The notes beneath the pieces are model-generated. The model had not been told where the DNA came from. It worked only from the letters and a program-made list of their open reading frames with translations, and searched no databases. Positions 12,911 to 25,239 of a stretch of DNA of 64,000 nucleotides are shown in pieces. The translations under genes and the position numbers were made by a program. The first letter of the stretch is position 1, and the number at the start of each line of letters is the position of its first letter. Origin of the DNA: Octopus vulgaris (lineage: Eukaryota); assembly GCA_951406725.2 (NCBI GenBank), contig OX597817.1:166408001-166472000 (forward strand). Reading direction: 5' to 3'.

Positions 12911-14144
12911 TATATATATATTACATATCTATTCATGTATCTATCTCTCTACTTCTCTATCTATCTGTCTGTCTCTGTGTGTGAGTCAGTAGCGGCTCGT
13001 AGATAAAATTAGTGAAGGGTGTTGTTTCGGAAAAAGTTTAGCCGTTGTTTTAGTATTGTGTAAAAAGAAACAAACATATAAAAATAAAATTTATACATAA
13101 ACTTGATGGGTTCTCATTTTAGCCACTGCGGGGTAGTATATTTAATTTGTTCTCTGAACACCACCCCGAATTCCCCTTATTTTTTAAAAACTCTCCCTAA
13201 ATCACAAAATAAGTGGGAAATATCTGTCCTATTTTTCAAATCCTGTCAGCAGCACTGTAGCTGGAAGCAGGATAATAACCTAATGTTACCCTTTATCACA
13301 TTGAAGAATATAAACACGTTTTTAGGCACAACACATGCGGAGACAAAAAGCAATACTGCCTTTCATCAGCACACCAGGGTTGGCACTGCTTGAACCACAG
13401 TGCTCTCTCTCCCTAGCGTGCAACTTCCTATCACAGACATGTGAGCATGCGCCCAACAGCCAAACACCGCGTCGCTGGAACTGTGAAGCGCACAGTTCTA
13501 TACAAGGGATTTTTGTATTTTTTTCATAAACTTGGGGATGGCTGATGACATTACGCATAAGGATTATATAATGTACAAGTATAAAGAAAGAAGTAAAGAA
13601 AAAAAGACTCATTATATTGAATGTTACCGACAATATCGACTGGAAATTAGGGGTGCTGCTGTTCCACCTATACACAAGCCGCCACAGGTGATTGTACATA
13701 TGAGAGAGAAAGAGGGAGAAAAGAGTGAGCTGGAGACAAAGATAGATACATATACGTAGATTTCTACTCTTTCTGCTTTCTTCTCTTTTCTAAGCATTCA
13801 GTACGCATGCACCACATGCATATACTTCCAAACCCTAACATAGTCCACATATACATAGGGACACCTTATCTACAGACGACTATATACAAATTGTCTCCCC
13901 TTACAGTTCTTCATTTAGCTGTGAAGTTGTTTTCCTCTATCCACTCTCTTTCCTGCACCATGATACATTAACGTCACATAAGATGTTGCTGTATGAAACC
14001 CTGCTCCCGCCTTGTCTGTTTCCCATATATTCACAACTACCTTAAAAGCTGCACTCTGTGCAGACTTTTACACCAACTCCTGCAGAGGGCGAATTCAGCC
14101 TGCTGCCCTAAACTAAGGGGAGCCAAATAACATGACTATTATAT

Positions 14145-14315
14145 GGCGCAGTAGTGGCTGTGTGGTAAGTAGCTTGCTAACCAACCACATGGTTTCGGGT
14201 TCACTCCCACTGCGTGGCATCTTGGGCAAGTGTCTTCTGCTATAGCCCCGGGCCGACCAATGTCTTGTGAGTGGATTTGGTAGACGGAAACTGAAAGAAG
14301 CCTGTCGTATATATG

Positions 14316-14350
<35 letters not shown>

Positions 14351-14562
14351 TTGTGTGTCTGTGTTTGTCCCCCTAGCATTGCTTGACAACCGATGCTGGT
14401 GTGTTTGCGTCCCCGTAACTTAGCGGTTCGGCAAAAGGCACCGATAGAATAAGTACTGGGCTTACAAAGAATAAGTCCCGGGGTCGATTTGCTCGACTAA
14501 AGGCGGTGCTCCAGCATGGCCGCAGTCAAATGACTGAAACAAGTAAAAGAGTAAAAGAGTAA
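14145..14562 (+). mobile_element. SINE family B, near full length
   Basis: tRNA-like head GGCGCAGTAGTGGCTGTGTGGTAAG...GGTTCACTCCC, body CTTGGGCAAGTGTCTTCT, internal (TA)n(TG)n, tail GACTGAAACAAGTAAAAGAGTAAAAGAGT. Confidence 0.9.
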
Positions 14563-14789
14563 ATATGCCCCGCTGGTGTTTGGATAAGTGGTTAAGAACG
14601 GATGAGAATTAATTCTGTAATGCAATCATTCTATTGTTGCAGTCCCAAAGTTCTAATCTCGGCATAAAATTAACGGAACGAAAGTCACTTATCTCCACTT
14701 TCATCTCTGACGTCAGTTGACAAACGCCAGCCAAGATGATAGGAATCAGACAAGCTTTACCTGCTAGAAATAGCAACCCAAAATGCTGG

Positions 14790-14926
14790 ATGTTCAAGAA
14801 CCAAATGAAGGGCAGATTTTGATCACCCCGGTTGCAAAAAAGTATAATATAATATGTGGGCCAAATATAGCCTGAGATACAGGAGTCCCAGACGGACAGA
14901 CAGAGTTTCGCTTTTATTATTATAGA
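14790..14926 (-). mobile_element. Helitron-like 5' end fragment
   Basis: Minus strand reads A|TCTATAATAATAAAAGCGAAACTCTGTCTGTCCGTCTG, the same 5' architecture as 4532 and 34948. Confidence 0.5.
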
Positions 14927-15214
14927 TTTCAACTCGAAGAAATACCACTGTCCAAAGGGTAGAACACTTTTAACACACTTTCTTAACGCACTAACATTAA
15001 TTGAACTCCACTTCCTTATTTCTGTTATATACATTGTATTTCCGTTGTTTATTGCTTTTGTTTTAAAGCTGTCCCTTCTACATGTTCTACACGTGTTTTA
15101 CGCCCACGTGTGTGCGTGTACACACGCACCTGTGATTTCCCAATGTTTTAGATCGAGATATTTCAATTATTAATGCAGCATTCTGTTTTTATTCAAAAAT
15201 ATCTTACCGTATAT

Positions 15215-15596
15215 GGGAGCACTCCGTCGGTTACGACGATGAGGGTTCCGGTTGATCCGAATCAACGGAACAGCCTGCTCGTGAAATTAACGTGTAAGTG
15301 GCTGAGCACTCCACAGACACGTGTACCCTTAGCGTAGTTCTCGGGGATATTCAGCGTGACACAGAGAGTGACAAGGCCGGCCCTTTGAAATACAGGTACA
15401 ACAGAAACAGGAAGTAAGAGTGAGAGAAAGTTGTGGTGAAAGAGTACAGCAGGGATCACAACCATCCCCTGCCGGAGCCTTGTGGAGCTTAAGGTGTTTT
15501 CGCTAAATAAACACTCACAACGCCCGGTCTGGGAATCGAAACCGCGATCTTACGACCGCGAGTCCGCTGTCCTAACCACTGGGCCATTGCGCCTCC
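15215..15596 (-). mobile_element. SINE family C, full length, 9-bp TSD
   Basis: Minus-strand head GGAGGCGCAATGGCCCAGTGGTTAGG...GGTTTCGATTCCC. TSD ACCGTATAT at 15206-15214 and 15597-15605. Confidence 0.93.
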
Positions 15597-16019
15597 ACCG
15601 TATATACGCGACTATAAAATGCCTTCACCAACAAGACGCACTCCTGACTTACACGGTTCAAATCAGGAATTTTATCATTGACCCGACTATAAGTCGCAGT
15701 GACATTTTTTGATGTTGCAGAGCAAAGTTCGATTAGGAATCGCGCCAACATAGCGTTGTTGTCCGGTAACTGAGCCTTCAGTAAGCTGAAGATGACTTAC
15801 AACAACTGTTATCCCATTAAGTCCATGCATTTTAGAAACCGTTGTTTATAATATAAAATTTTATCCTTTTCTGTTATTCCAAGTGTCAGAACTTCAAACG
15901 TGGCATGTACCAAGAAAATATCTGATATTTGTTTTAGAATGCGCTTATAAGTCGCATCCCCCAACTTTAGGTGAAAATTTCAAGGAAAAAGGTGTGACTT
16001 ATAACCGTGTACATACGGT

Positions 16020-16434
16020 GGATCTTTTCGGTTTGAACGGCAGTTTTTAACATAATTTCTAGGTAAATAAAAAAATTTAAACTTCGTATACTGGTAGAAT
16101 GTGTTTATAAAACATCTTTTTCTCTTGGCTTTATTGAGAAAATTCTATAGTTTGTAAGATATTTGTTGGTTTTTTTCTTCAATTTCTGTAATTTCAACCA
16201 ATCAATGACGTCCATTGATGTAAAAAACATTCTGTGCCGTATGAATATGTCCCTCGTTTAAGAAACAGATTGGGTTTATTTACATTTGTGAAGAAAAAAA
16301 GATACCCTAACCCTAACTAACCCTAACCCTAAAACAGATTGAAATGCAAAAGATCGATACTAGGGTCATAATTATGGGTGACAATTTCATATGACACCGC
16401 TAGAAAAAAACTGCCGTTCAAACCGAAAAGATCC
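16020..16434. mobile_element. TIR MITE with 8-bp TSD and internal CCCTAA repeats (Merlin- or hAT-like, unresolved)
   Basis: TIR GGATCTTTTCGGTTTGAACGGCAGTTTTT and its reverse complement. TSD CATACGGT at 16012-16019 and 16435-16442. Confidence 0.9.
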
Positions 16435-17070
16435 CATACGGTATATCGCACTAGTTATTCGAACTTCTAGCTTTCACTTTTGAGCTACTTCACTGAAAAG
16501 GTCAAGTAACACTGATACATTCAGAGTGGTCATATATGTTACAAATCAGATATACCCCTTACACCGAACGGTATTTAAAATAACGCGATTGTCTCCCTTT
16601 ATCATTCTTTTGACAAAAATGCGTCTTTAGCAAATTTATTGTTCCCATCACTAAGACTGTGTAATCTTGATTAAACATTCTTGGCTTAGTTACATGAAGC
16701 ATGCTCGCGCTAAGATTACTGCCTTACTTTCATGCAGAAGGTGTCTCTAGGTACATTTTCCCCCAGTCGCTAATTATCTAGGTATGTACGTGTACATGTA
16801 TGTGGGCATATGTGTGCGCGCGTACGAGTGTGTGTGTGTGCCTAGTGGGGGTGAGTATGTGTGTATGTCTGCGTGTATATATATGTGAATATGTATATGC
16901 TTTCGTGAGTGTTTGTGTGTGTGTGTGTGAGTGGCAGTCCGTGCATTTGAAGAGTGTTTCATGTTAGCATTGTTCTAATTGACGGCTAATCTGTTCCTTG
17001 TCTGTGTTGCCTATGGTGCTTAGTTCTTACTTTTACTCCTTCTGCTTTTCGTCCTCCATTTTCTGTGTTG

Positions 17071-17072
<2 letters not shown>

Positions 17073-17165
<93 letters not shown>

Positions 17166-17228
17166 CATATACATATATATATATATATATATGTGTGTGG
17201 GTATATATTGTATATACATATATATATA

Positions 17229-17278
<50 letters not shown>

Positions 17279-17468
17279 TGTATATATATTATATACATGT
17301 ATATGAATGTATTATATTTATATATATATAGACATGTATATGTATATTATATACATATGTATGTATATATAGTATATATATGTATGTATTATATATATAT
17401 ATATATATATATAGGTATGTATATATATATTATATATATGTAGGTATATATATATATATTATATATGT

Positions 17469-17505
<37 letters not shown>

Positions 17506-17762
17506 TACATATATATTTATATGTATACATATATATATAGATAGATAGATATATGTGTATGTATATATATATATATATATGCATACACGCACACATACAT
17601 GTATGTATGCATGTGTTTTTGCATGTCTGAATGTATGTCTATGTGTCTGCATGTATGTAAGAATGTATACATGCATATGTATATGATGGGTGTTTGCGTG
17701 TGTGATTTGTGTTTACTCAAAACAGCTTGGCAGTGACCATTAAAGAACAAAGAATGAAAAAC

Positions 17763-17851
<89 letters not shown>

Positions 17852-17870
17852 GTGTATGTGTGTGTGTTTA
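17073..17870. repeat. Compound (CA)n/(TA)n/(GA)n microsatellite region
   Basis: Direct reading. Source of many YI/HT/CV ORFs. Confidence 0.95.
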
Positions 17871-18421
17871 ATTGTGTGAGTATGTAGGATTGCGAACTTA
17901 ATGTACATGTACATCAGTCTTTTTCCCGTATATATATTGATCTCTGTCATCTCTGTTCTAGCATCCGTACATACGTAAGCATAGGTGAATGCACTGTGTA
18001 TATATATCGATCACAATATAGTATTTTATTATGGTCCTTGCCATTGTTTTACATTGGGTGGTCAATGAACGTATATATATACATATATTTTGTATGTGCT
18101 ACGTATATTTGTGTATACGCATACATCTGTATGCGATGAAAGCTTTTGTTTGCGTGTGTACGAATGCCTGTGTCTACCCGTGTGTGCGTACGTGTGTGTG
18201 AGTGAGTGTGTATGCCTCTGTGTGTATGTGTGTGTGCGTGTGCATGTGTGTGTGTGTGTGCGTGTTTCTGTCTAAATGATATATGGGGATTGGGAATGTC
18301 GGTGCGTCCTTGTGTGTATGTACGTTTTATATTATGTGTGTGGGTAGATGTGCATATATCTACGTATGTATGTATGTATGTATGTATGTATTTATGTATG
18401 TATGTATGTATGTATGTAACT

Positions 18422-18457
<36 letters not shown>

Positions 18458-19668
18458 TGTGTGAGTGTGTGCGTGTGCGCGGGCGGGGTTTATATATCTG
18501 TACTATGTGGCCATTTCATTCCCGTTCTGATAAGACAAAATATTCGTTCTAATGCAATTAGCACAGTTTTTAACTTTATTTCCACTTACTGTTTAGTTTC
18601 CGTTAACCGCAGGGCTAATCTTCTCGTTTTGATAGCTTATTCGACCAGGGCGGAGGAGAGCAATCAAGGGAGATAAGGCTTATCTCTTTGTTCATGCTTT
18701 GACATAAGCGGTCTCCAGAGACAGGCAGAAATCCGACTTCCTGTCAAGGCTTCTGGTTTACGTAACCCCACCGCTGCTGTCTCATAGATTTCTCTGTCTT
18801 TTTCACTCTTTCTCTCAGCTCTGCATTCTCTTACCTCTCTTTCACATATGCATCTCTATCTATATTTCTTCTCTTGACTCTGTAGCTCTCTATTTATTCT
18901 TTCTCTACACATCTGACCTTCTCTCTCTCGTTCTCTTTCCGCCCAGCTTCTCTCGCTACGCTAGTTTAAATATACGTTCCTTCTTGTATTAAATAGCCAT
19001 ATAATTAGCTGTATTATAATTATCATTATCATAGTCATTATTAACATTATCACTATTTTTCAAGTTCCAAACGATACCCCACACTCTGTAGATAGAAAGG
19101 ATGTAGGGGATTTCACAGAATCCGTGTTCTCAGCAATAATCCAGTAAATGTCGGCCTTGCGTAATGTTTGTTCCGTGTCGTAAAGATGGAGATTATGCGA
19201 GTAGTTATACTGATTAAAATTTCTTTTCTCGTTTTGCCCGAAGTGACTTTCATTTTAAGAGATTCGTACAACTAAACATCTTTTTAAATGATGTATTTTA
19301 AATGTTTAAAGACGTTAACATGCAGTTTACGGTCGCAAAAAAGTGCAAGTAAATTGTCCTAAAAAGTGAAAGTAGTTTGAGATAGAAACCAGAAGTGACG
19401 ATAGTGACATCCTAAGATTGCGCAAAATGAATATAAGAAATCCTTCATTGTGCCACGTCAACAGGTAATTACGTCTAGTAATTTTTTGTGATAGATTAGA
19501 ATTTCAGAATTAGTAGCTAATGTACACCATTTCATCGTTTTATACCCAGCAAGAAAACCACTGAGAAGTGTGATTATTTTCCATCTCCTATAAAATGTAC
19601 GTTCGGTCTTCATGTTATATCAAATGTATGTACGTTTTGTACATTGCTTATATCCCATATATTATTGA

Positions 19669-20085
19669 CTATTTCTTTACTACCCACAAGGGGCTAAACA
19701 CAGAGAGGACAAACAAGGACAGACAAACGGATTAAGTCGATTATATCGACCCCAGTGTGTGACTGGTACTTATTTAATCGACCCCGAAAGGATGAAAGGC
19801 AAAGTCGACCTCGGCGGAATTTGAACTCAGAACATAGCGGCAGACGAAATACCTATTTCTTTACTACCCACAAGGGGCTAAACACAGATGGGACAAACAA
19901 GGACAGACAAACGGATTAAGTCGTTAATATCGACCCCAGTGCGTAACTGGTACTTATTTAATCGACCCCGAAAGGATGAAAGGCAAACTCGACCTCGGCG
20001 CAATTCGAAATCAGAACGTAGCGGCAGACGAAATACCGCAAAGCATTTCGCCCGGCGTGATAACGTTTCTGCTATCTCGCCGCCT
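19669..20085 (-). mobile_element. SINE family A dimer
   Basis: Two body-plus-module units and one head (reverse complement GGCGGCGAGATAGCAGAAACGTT). Confidence 0.9.
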
Positions 20086-20247
20086 TGAATATATATATTA
20101 TTTACATGAAATTATGGGATGTCACTGTCGCCATTTCGGTTTTTACCGTACTTTACATTCATTATTTTTAGGATAAGATTCTTTCAAATTTTAGGGCCGT
20201 AATCTGCATGTAAACCTTTTAAGGCTTTGTAAGTGAAAAATATATAT

Positions 20248-20299
<52 letters not shown>

Positions 20300-20612
20300 T
20301 GGGGCTGTTCCTGAATGCTTGAAATCGTGTGGACTACACTAAATACACATAAAAGTTAGGTTAATACATTTAAGGAGGCAATGGAACCCCCGGAGCATTA
20401 CAATACTCCCCGGTTCCTTTGAGTGAATTCTGCCAAGTTACATTCTTTCAAATTTCTGTTACAAAGCTTGTGGTTGATCTGAAGCTATAGATAATAACGC
20501 GTGTCAAATGCCACGTGATTTCATCGAACCCGAACTCGTGTGACTACATAGAAGTTGAAGATAGACTTAAAAAACATTAGAGTGTACTAAATGACAGAAA
20601 CGGTAATTTGCT

Positions 20613-20825
20613 TTACTCTTTTACTCTTTTACTTGTTTCAGTCATTTGACTGCGGCCATGCTGGAGCACCGCCTTTAGTCGAGCGATTCGACCCTGGGAC
20701 TTATTCTTTGTAAGTCCAGTACTTATCCTATCGATCTCTTTTTGCCGAACCGCTAAGTAACGGGGACATAAACACACCAGCATTGGTTGTCAAGCAATGC
20801 TAGGGGGACAAACACAGACACACAA

Positions 20826-20868
<43 letters not shown>

Positions 20869-21039
20869 CATATATGTGACGGGCTTCTTTCAGTTTCCGT
20901 CTACCAAATCCACTCACAAGGCTTTGGTCGGCCCGAGGCTATAGTAGAAGACACTTGCCCAAGATGCCACGCAGTGGGACTGAACCCAGAACCATGTGGT
21001 TGGTTAGCAAGCTACTTACCACACAGCCACTCCTGCGCC
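20613..21039 (-). mobile_element. SINE family B, full length
   Basis: Reverse complement of 14145-14562, including the internal CA/TA block. Confidence 0.92.
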
Positions 21040-21412
21040 TATTATACATATTTTTTTTTTGTGTGTGTGCGAGATCTTTTTACGTTCAAATCTCGGAGTC
21101 AACTATGCTTTCCTTTTTCCAAGATAAATATCCTTTTCTACTCTAGGCAAAAGGCCCGAAATTTATGTACCTGTTACTTAGCTGTTTGGAAAAAGTGATC
21201 AATAGGATAAGTACTAGGCTTCCAAAGAATAAGGCCTGGAGTCGATTTGTTCGACCTAAAACCCTTTAAAGTGGTACTCCAGCATGGCCGCAGTCAAATG
21301 ACTGAAACAAGGAAAAGAATAAAAGAATACATACATGCATATATATACGCATATACACACGTACGCACATACATACACATACACACACACACACATGCAC
21401 ACACATACACAA

Positions 21413-21567
21413 GGAATGGGTGTGTGTAAGACGCTTGCTTCCCAACCACATGGTTCCAGGTTCAGTCCCACTGGGTAGCATCTTGAGTAAGTGTCTTCTA
21501 CTATAGACTCGGGCCGACAAAAGCCTTGTGAGTGGATTTGGTAGACGGAAACTGAAAGAAGCCCGTC

Positions 21568-21637
<70 letters not shown>

Positions 21638-21885
21638 TGTGTGTTTGTGTGTGTGTGCGTGCGTGTGTATGTATATGTTTGTGTATCTGTGTTTGTCCCC
21701 CCCACCATGGCTTGGCAACCGGTGTTGGTGTGTTTTTGTTCCCATAAATTAGCAGTTCGGAAAAGCGACAGATGGGACAAGTACTAGGCTTACATGAAAT
21801 AAATCCTGGGGTCTCTTTGTTCGACTAAAGGCGGTGCTCCAGCATGGCCACAGTCAAATGACTGAAACAAGTAAAAGAAAAAGAA
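21413..21885 (+). mobile_element. SINE family B
   Basis: Same head, body, internal (TA)n(TG)n and tail as 14145. Confidence 0.88.
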
Positions 21886-22551
21886 TAAATGAATATGTTT
21901 ATATCGGCAAATATAGAGACTTGTTACACTAGCGGATGAAATGGCTCGCATTATCTTGCATTTCGTCCTGGGATCGATTTGTTCGATTCAAGGCGGTGCT
22001 CCAGTATGGCCGCGGTCAAACGACCGAAACAAGCAAGCGATCGAAAATATATCTAACAACGCGTATGAAACCGACCGGAAACCTATGCACATCATCCCAT
22101 TATGCCTTACGATCCGACCGGAATTTTCACCACAAATCATCCCATCTAACCTTCATATATCTTTAGTAGAGAAAGAACATTCATCTGTTAACGAAGAGAT
22201 AAATAGCTTACAGCTATTTATGGCGTGTACTAACACGAACTCAGCTACTCTGGTCCGTTTAATTTGCTTAACGAAGCATGCGTTGACAACGCTGATTAAT
22301 TAATAAATTCGTGATACGCAATATAAGGCTTTTGAATAATTAAAAATGTAAAGTATACATTTCAATTGTTGACATTAAGAAATGTTAAGAAAATTGCTAA
22401 GCAAATTCGACCCCGTGATTTAGGTAAGTCCTTGTCTCTATACATTATGAATATCTAATAAATCTGTCTGCAGAGAGATGGATATATTTTCTCTCTTGCT
22501 AACGCACACAAATATATATATAATGATAAATCTCAGAGCGAGTTATAAACA

Positions 22552-22635
<84 letters not shown>

Positions 22636-22907
22636 TAAAGATATTAAGTTAAAGATATTAGAGAGTTTATTATGTTTTTTAAAGCCAAATTATATCTTCA
22701 AAGATAAATACATATTTCTATCTATTTTTTTTTACCTTAAAAATTAAATATTTAATATAATAAATGTGTTGTAGGAAATAATCCTAATGTTTTAAGTTTC
22801 TAATTTAGTTGATGGAGCTTTTTTCTATAAGAAAAATTATTATGTTATTTTTTTCTTAAATAAATATTGTTTAACTCTATTTGCTTATTTATTTAATTAT
22901 TATCATT

Positions 22908-23007
22908 AACCTGAAGATTGACTATAATTTTAAATCGAATTTATTTCAATTGAATTTAAACTTAATTGTAATTCGAATTTAATTGTAGCCATGAAACGTA
23001 CGTTGTG
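22908..23007 (+). ncRNA. Hammerhead ribozyme motif with long stem II (degenerate)
   Basis: CTGAAGA (22911) - TGACTATAATT...AATTGTAGCCA - GAAAC GTAC GTT. Related to the motif at 63715. Confidence 0.6.
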
Positions 23008-23167
23008 CTTTTACTTATTATATCATATATTGATCATTCATTTTATACTCTTTGAGTTCTATGTTTTATAAAAATATATATTTTTTATTTATGCATTCGT
23101 TTATGTCTTTCACTGTTTGAGTTGCATAATAGTGGTTTTATCTCTAATTTATATTTTATATTTTATA

Positions 23168-23219
<52 letters not shown>

Positions 23220-23272
23220 GCAAACACACACGTTTCATATATACATGTGTGTGTGTGTATGTGTATACACAT

Positions 23273-23312
<40 letters not shown>

Positions 23313-23690
23313 TTATAAAATGAGATAGGGGTTGAAAATTCAACCCACCATGGGATAATATATATCCAATATACTGCTAGATAGGTACCCAACAAAAATA
23401 ATACATAGATGTTAAAAATTGTCAAGCAATCAGTTCATCTATTGTATTAAATGGGTAAAGGTAATAATATTACCGTAAATTAATACTACAAAATTAGAGA
23501 ATGGAGAAACATACTTAAATCAGTAAAACATCAACTATCCGATGATACTCAATCCATACTTTAATACACCATTACATATGAGTAAAGGCAATATATAAAA
23601 TGAAATGAGATATACAGTAATAGTAAAAGTAAAAAGATAAAGAGATATAAGTAAAAAAATTTTCAAATATAATATGCAAATAAATCAAAA

Positions 23691-23799
23691 CTGACAGCTG
23701 TTTCGGCAGTGAGGACAGTCATACCTCATTTAACCTATAAGCCATAAAGGCAGGTATAAATGAGGCATTAACAGATGATGCCCCACGGCCTCTTCAGAG
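23691..23799 (-). ncRNA. Type-I hammerhead ribozyme, left-arm copy
   Basis: Reverse complement of the 24765-24872 motif, with intact CTGAAGA and GAAACAGCTGTC. Confidence 0.75.
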
Positions 23800-24139
23800 A
23801 ATTAAATTAAATTTGTTATAATAGTGAAAAATATTATATAATCATATACATATAAATATAAAAATATAAAAATGTAAAATATAAAAACTTATATATCATA
23901 ATGCTACACTTATATAATATAATACACATTTGTACAAAAAGGAAGGTAAACAGAACAATATAAAACAAAATATATAACAGTGTATATATTAATATTAATA
24001 AGTACCGATATTATACATATTTGGCTAATAGTTTTTTTTATAAAAAAAATTGCTAACACATATGGAGATGAAAAATAATAATTAAATCCGTGGTACAGTT
24101 CATAAAATTCTAAAGCTATAAAAGTTAATAAAAATTACT

Positions 24140-24192
<53 letters not shown>

Positions 24193-24261
24193 TAATAATA
24201 ATAAAAAAATACTAAAAATAGATACAGTTAAGTTAGCACCAAGTCCATCCTTTCAAGATCG

Positions 24262-24294
<33 letters not shown>

Positions 24295-24380
24295 TTTTTT
24301 TTTTTTTTCGATCTTGAAAGGATGGACTTGGTGCTAACTTAACTGTATCTATTTTTAGTATTTTTTTATTATTATTATTA

Positions 24381-24424
<44 letters not shown>

Positions 24425-24764
24425 AGTAATTTTTATTAACTTTTATAGCTTTAGAATTTTATGAACTGTACCACGGATTTAATTATTATTTTTCATCTCC
24501 ATATGTGTTAGCAATTTTTTTTATAAAAAAAACTATTAGCCAAATATGTATAATATCGGTACTTATTAATATTAATATATACACTGTTATATATTTTGTT
24601 TTATATTGTTCTGTTTACCTTCCTTTTTGTACAAATGTGTATTATATTATATAAGTGTAGCATTATGATATATAAGTTTTTATATTTTACATTTTTATAT
24701 TTTTATATTTATATGTATATGATTATATAATATTTTTCACTATTATAACAAATTTAATTTAATT

Positions 24765-24872
24765 CTCTGAAGAGGCCGTGGGGCATCCTTGTTAATGCCT
24801 CATTTATACCTGCCTTTATGGCTTATAGGTTAAATGAGGTATGACTGTCCTCACTGCCGAAACAGCTGTCAG
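24765..24872 (+). ncRNA. Type-I hammerhead ribozyme with ~85-nt stem II
   Basis: CTGAAGA (24767-24773); stem II GGC-C-GTGGGG...ATGCCTCATTTA/TAAATGAGGTAT...CCTCAC-T-GCC; GAAA (24859); palindromic stem III ACAGCTGT; GUC site ending at 24870. Confidence 0.78.
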
Positions 24873-25076
24873 TTTTGATTTATTTGCATATTATATTTGA
24901 AAATTTTTTACTTATATCTCTTTATCTTTTTACTTTTACTATTACTGTATATCTCATTTCATTTTATATATTGCCTTTACTCATATGTAATGGTGTATTA
25001 AAGTATGGATTGAGTATCATCGGATAGTTGATGTTTTACTGATTTAAGTATGTTTCTCCATTCTCTAATTTTGTAG

Positions 25077-25145
<69 letters not shown>

Positions 25146-25239
25146 CATATAGATATGCTTTTATTCCTTTTTACTAGTTTCAGCTAAAACCAGCTCCATA
25201 CTTCCATACTGGAGCACCACCATTCAGTGATATCGGGTT

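Larger units (their letters stand above)
15207..16441. mobile_element. Pogo-like MITE whose two TIRs are each interrupted by an insertion
   Basis: Reconstructed TIRs TA-CCGTATATACGCGACTATAA / TTATAACCGTGTACATACGG-TA. Body is 15598-16018. Confidence 0.8.
23485..25077. repeat. ~1.6-kb palindrome (two ~800-bp arms joined at poly(A)/poly(T)); Penelope pLTR-like
   Basis: Centre AAGATCG(A)n|(T)nCGATCTT at ~24290. Arms are reverse-complementary out to ACTACAAAATTAGAGAA / TTCTCTAATTTTGTAGT. Confidence 0.95.

Noticed and set aside
13344-13370. Minus-strand CTGATGA followed by a small hairpin
   Set aside because: No GAAA or cleavage triplet follows, so it is not a hammerhead.
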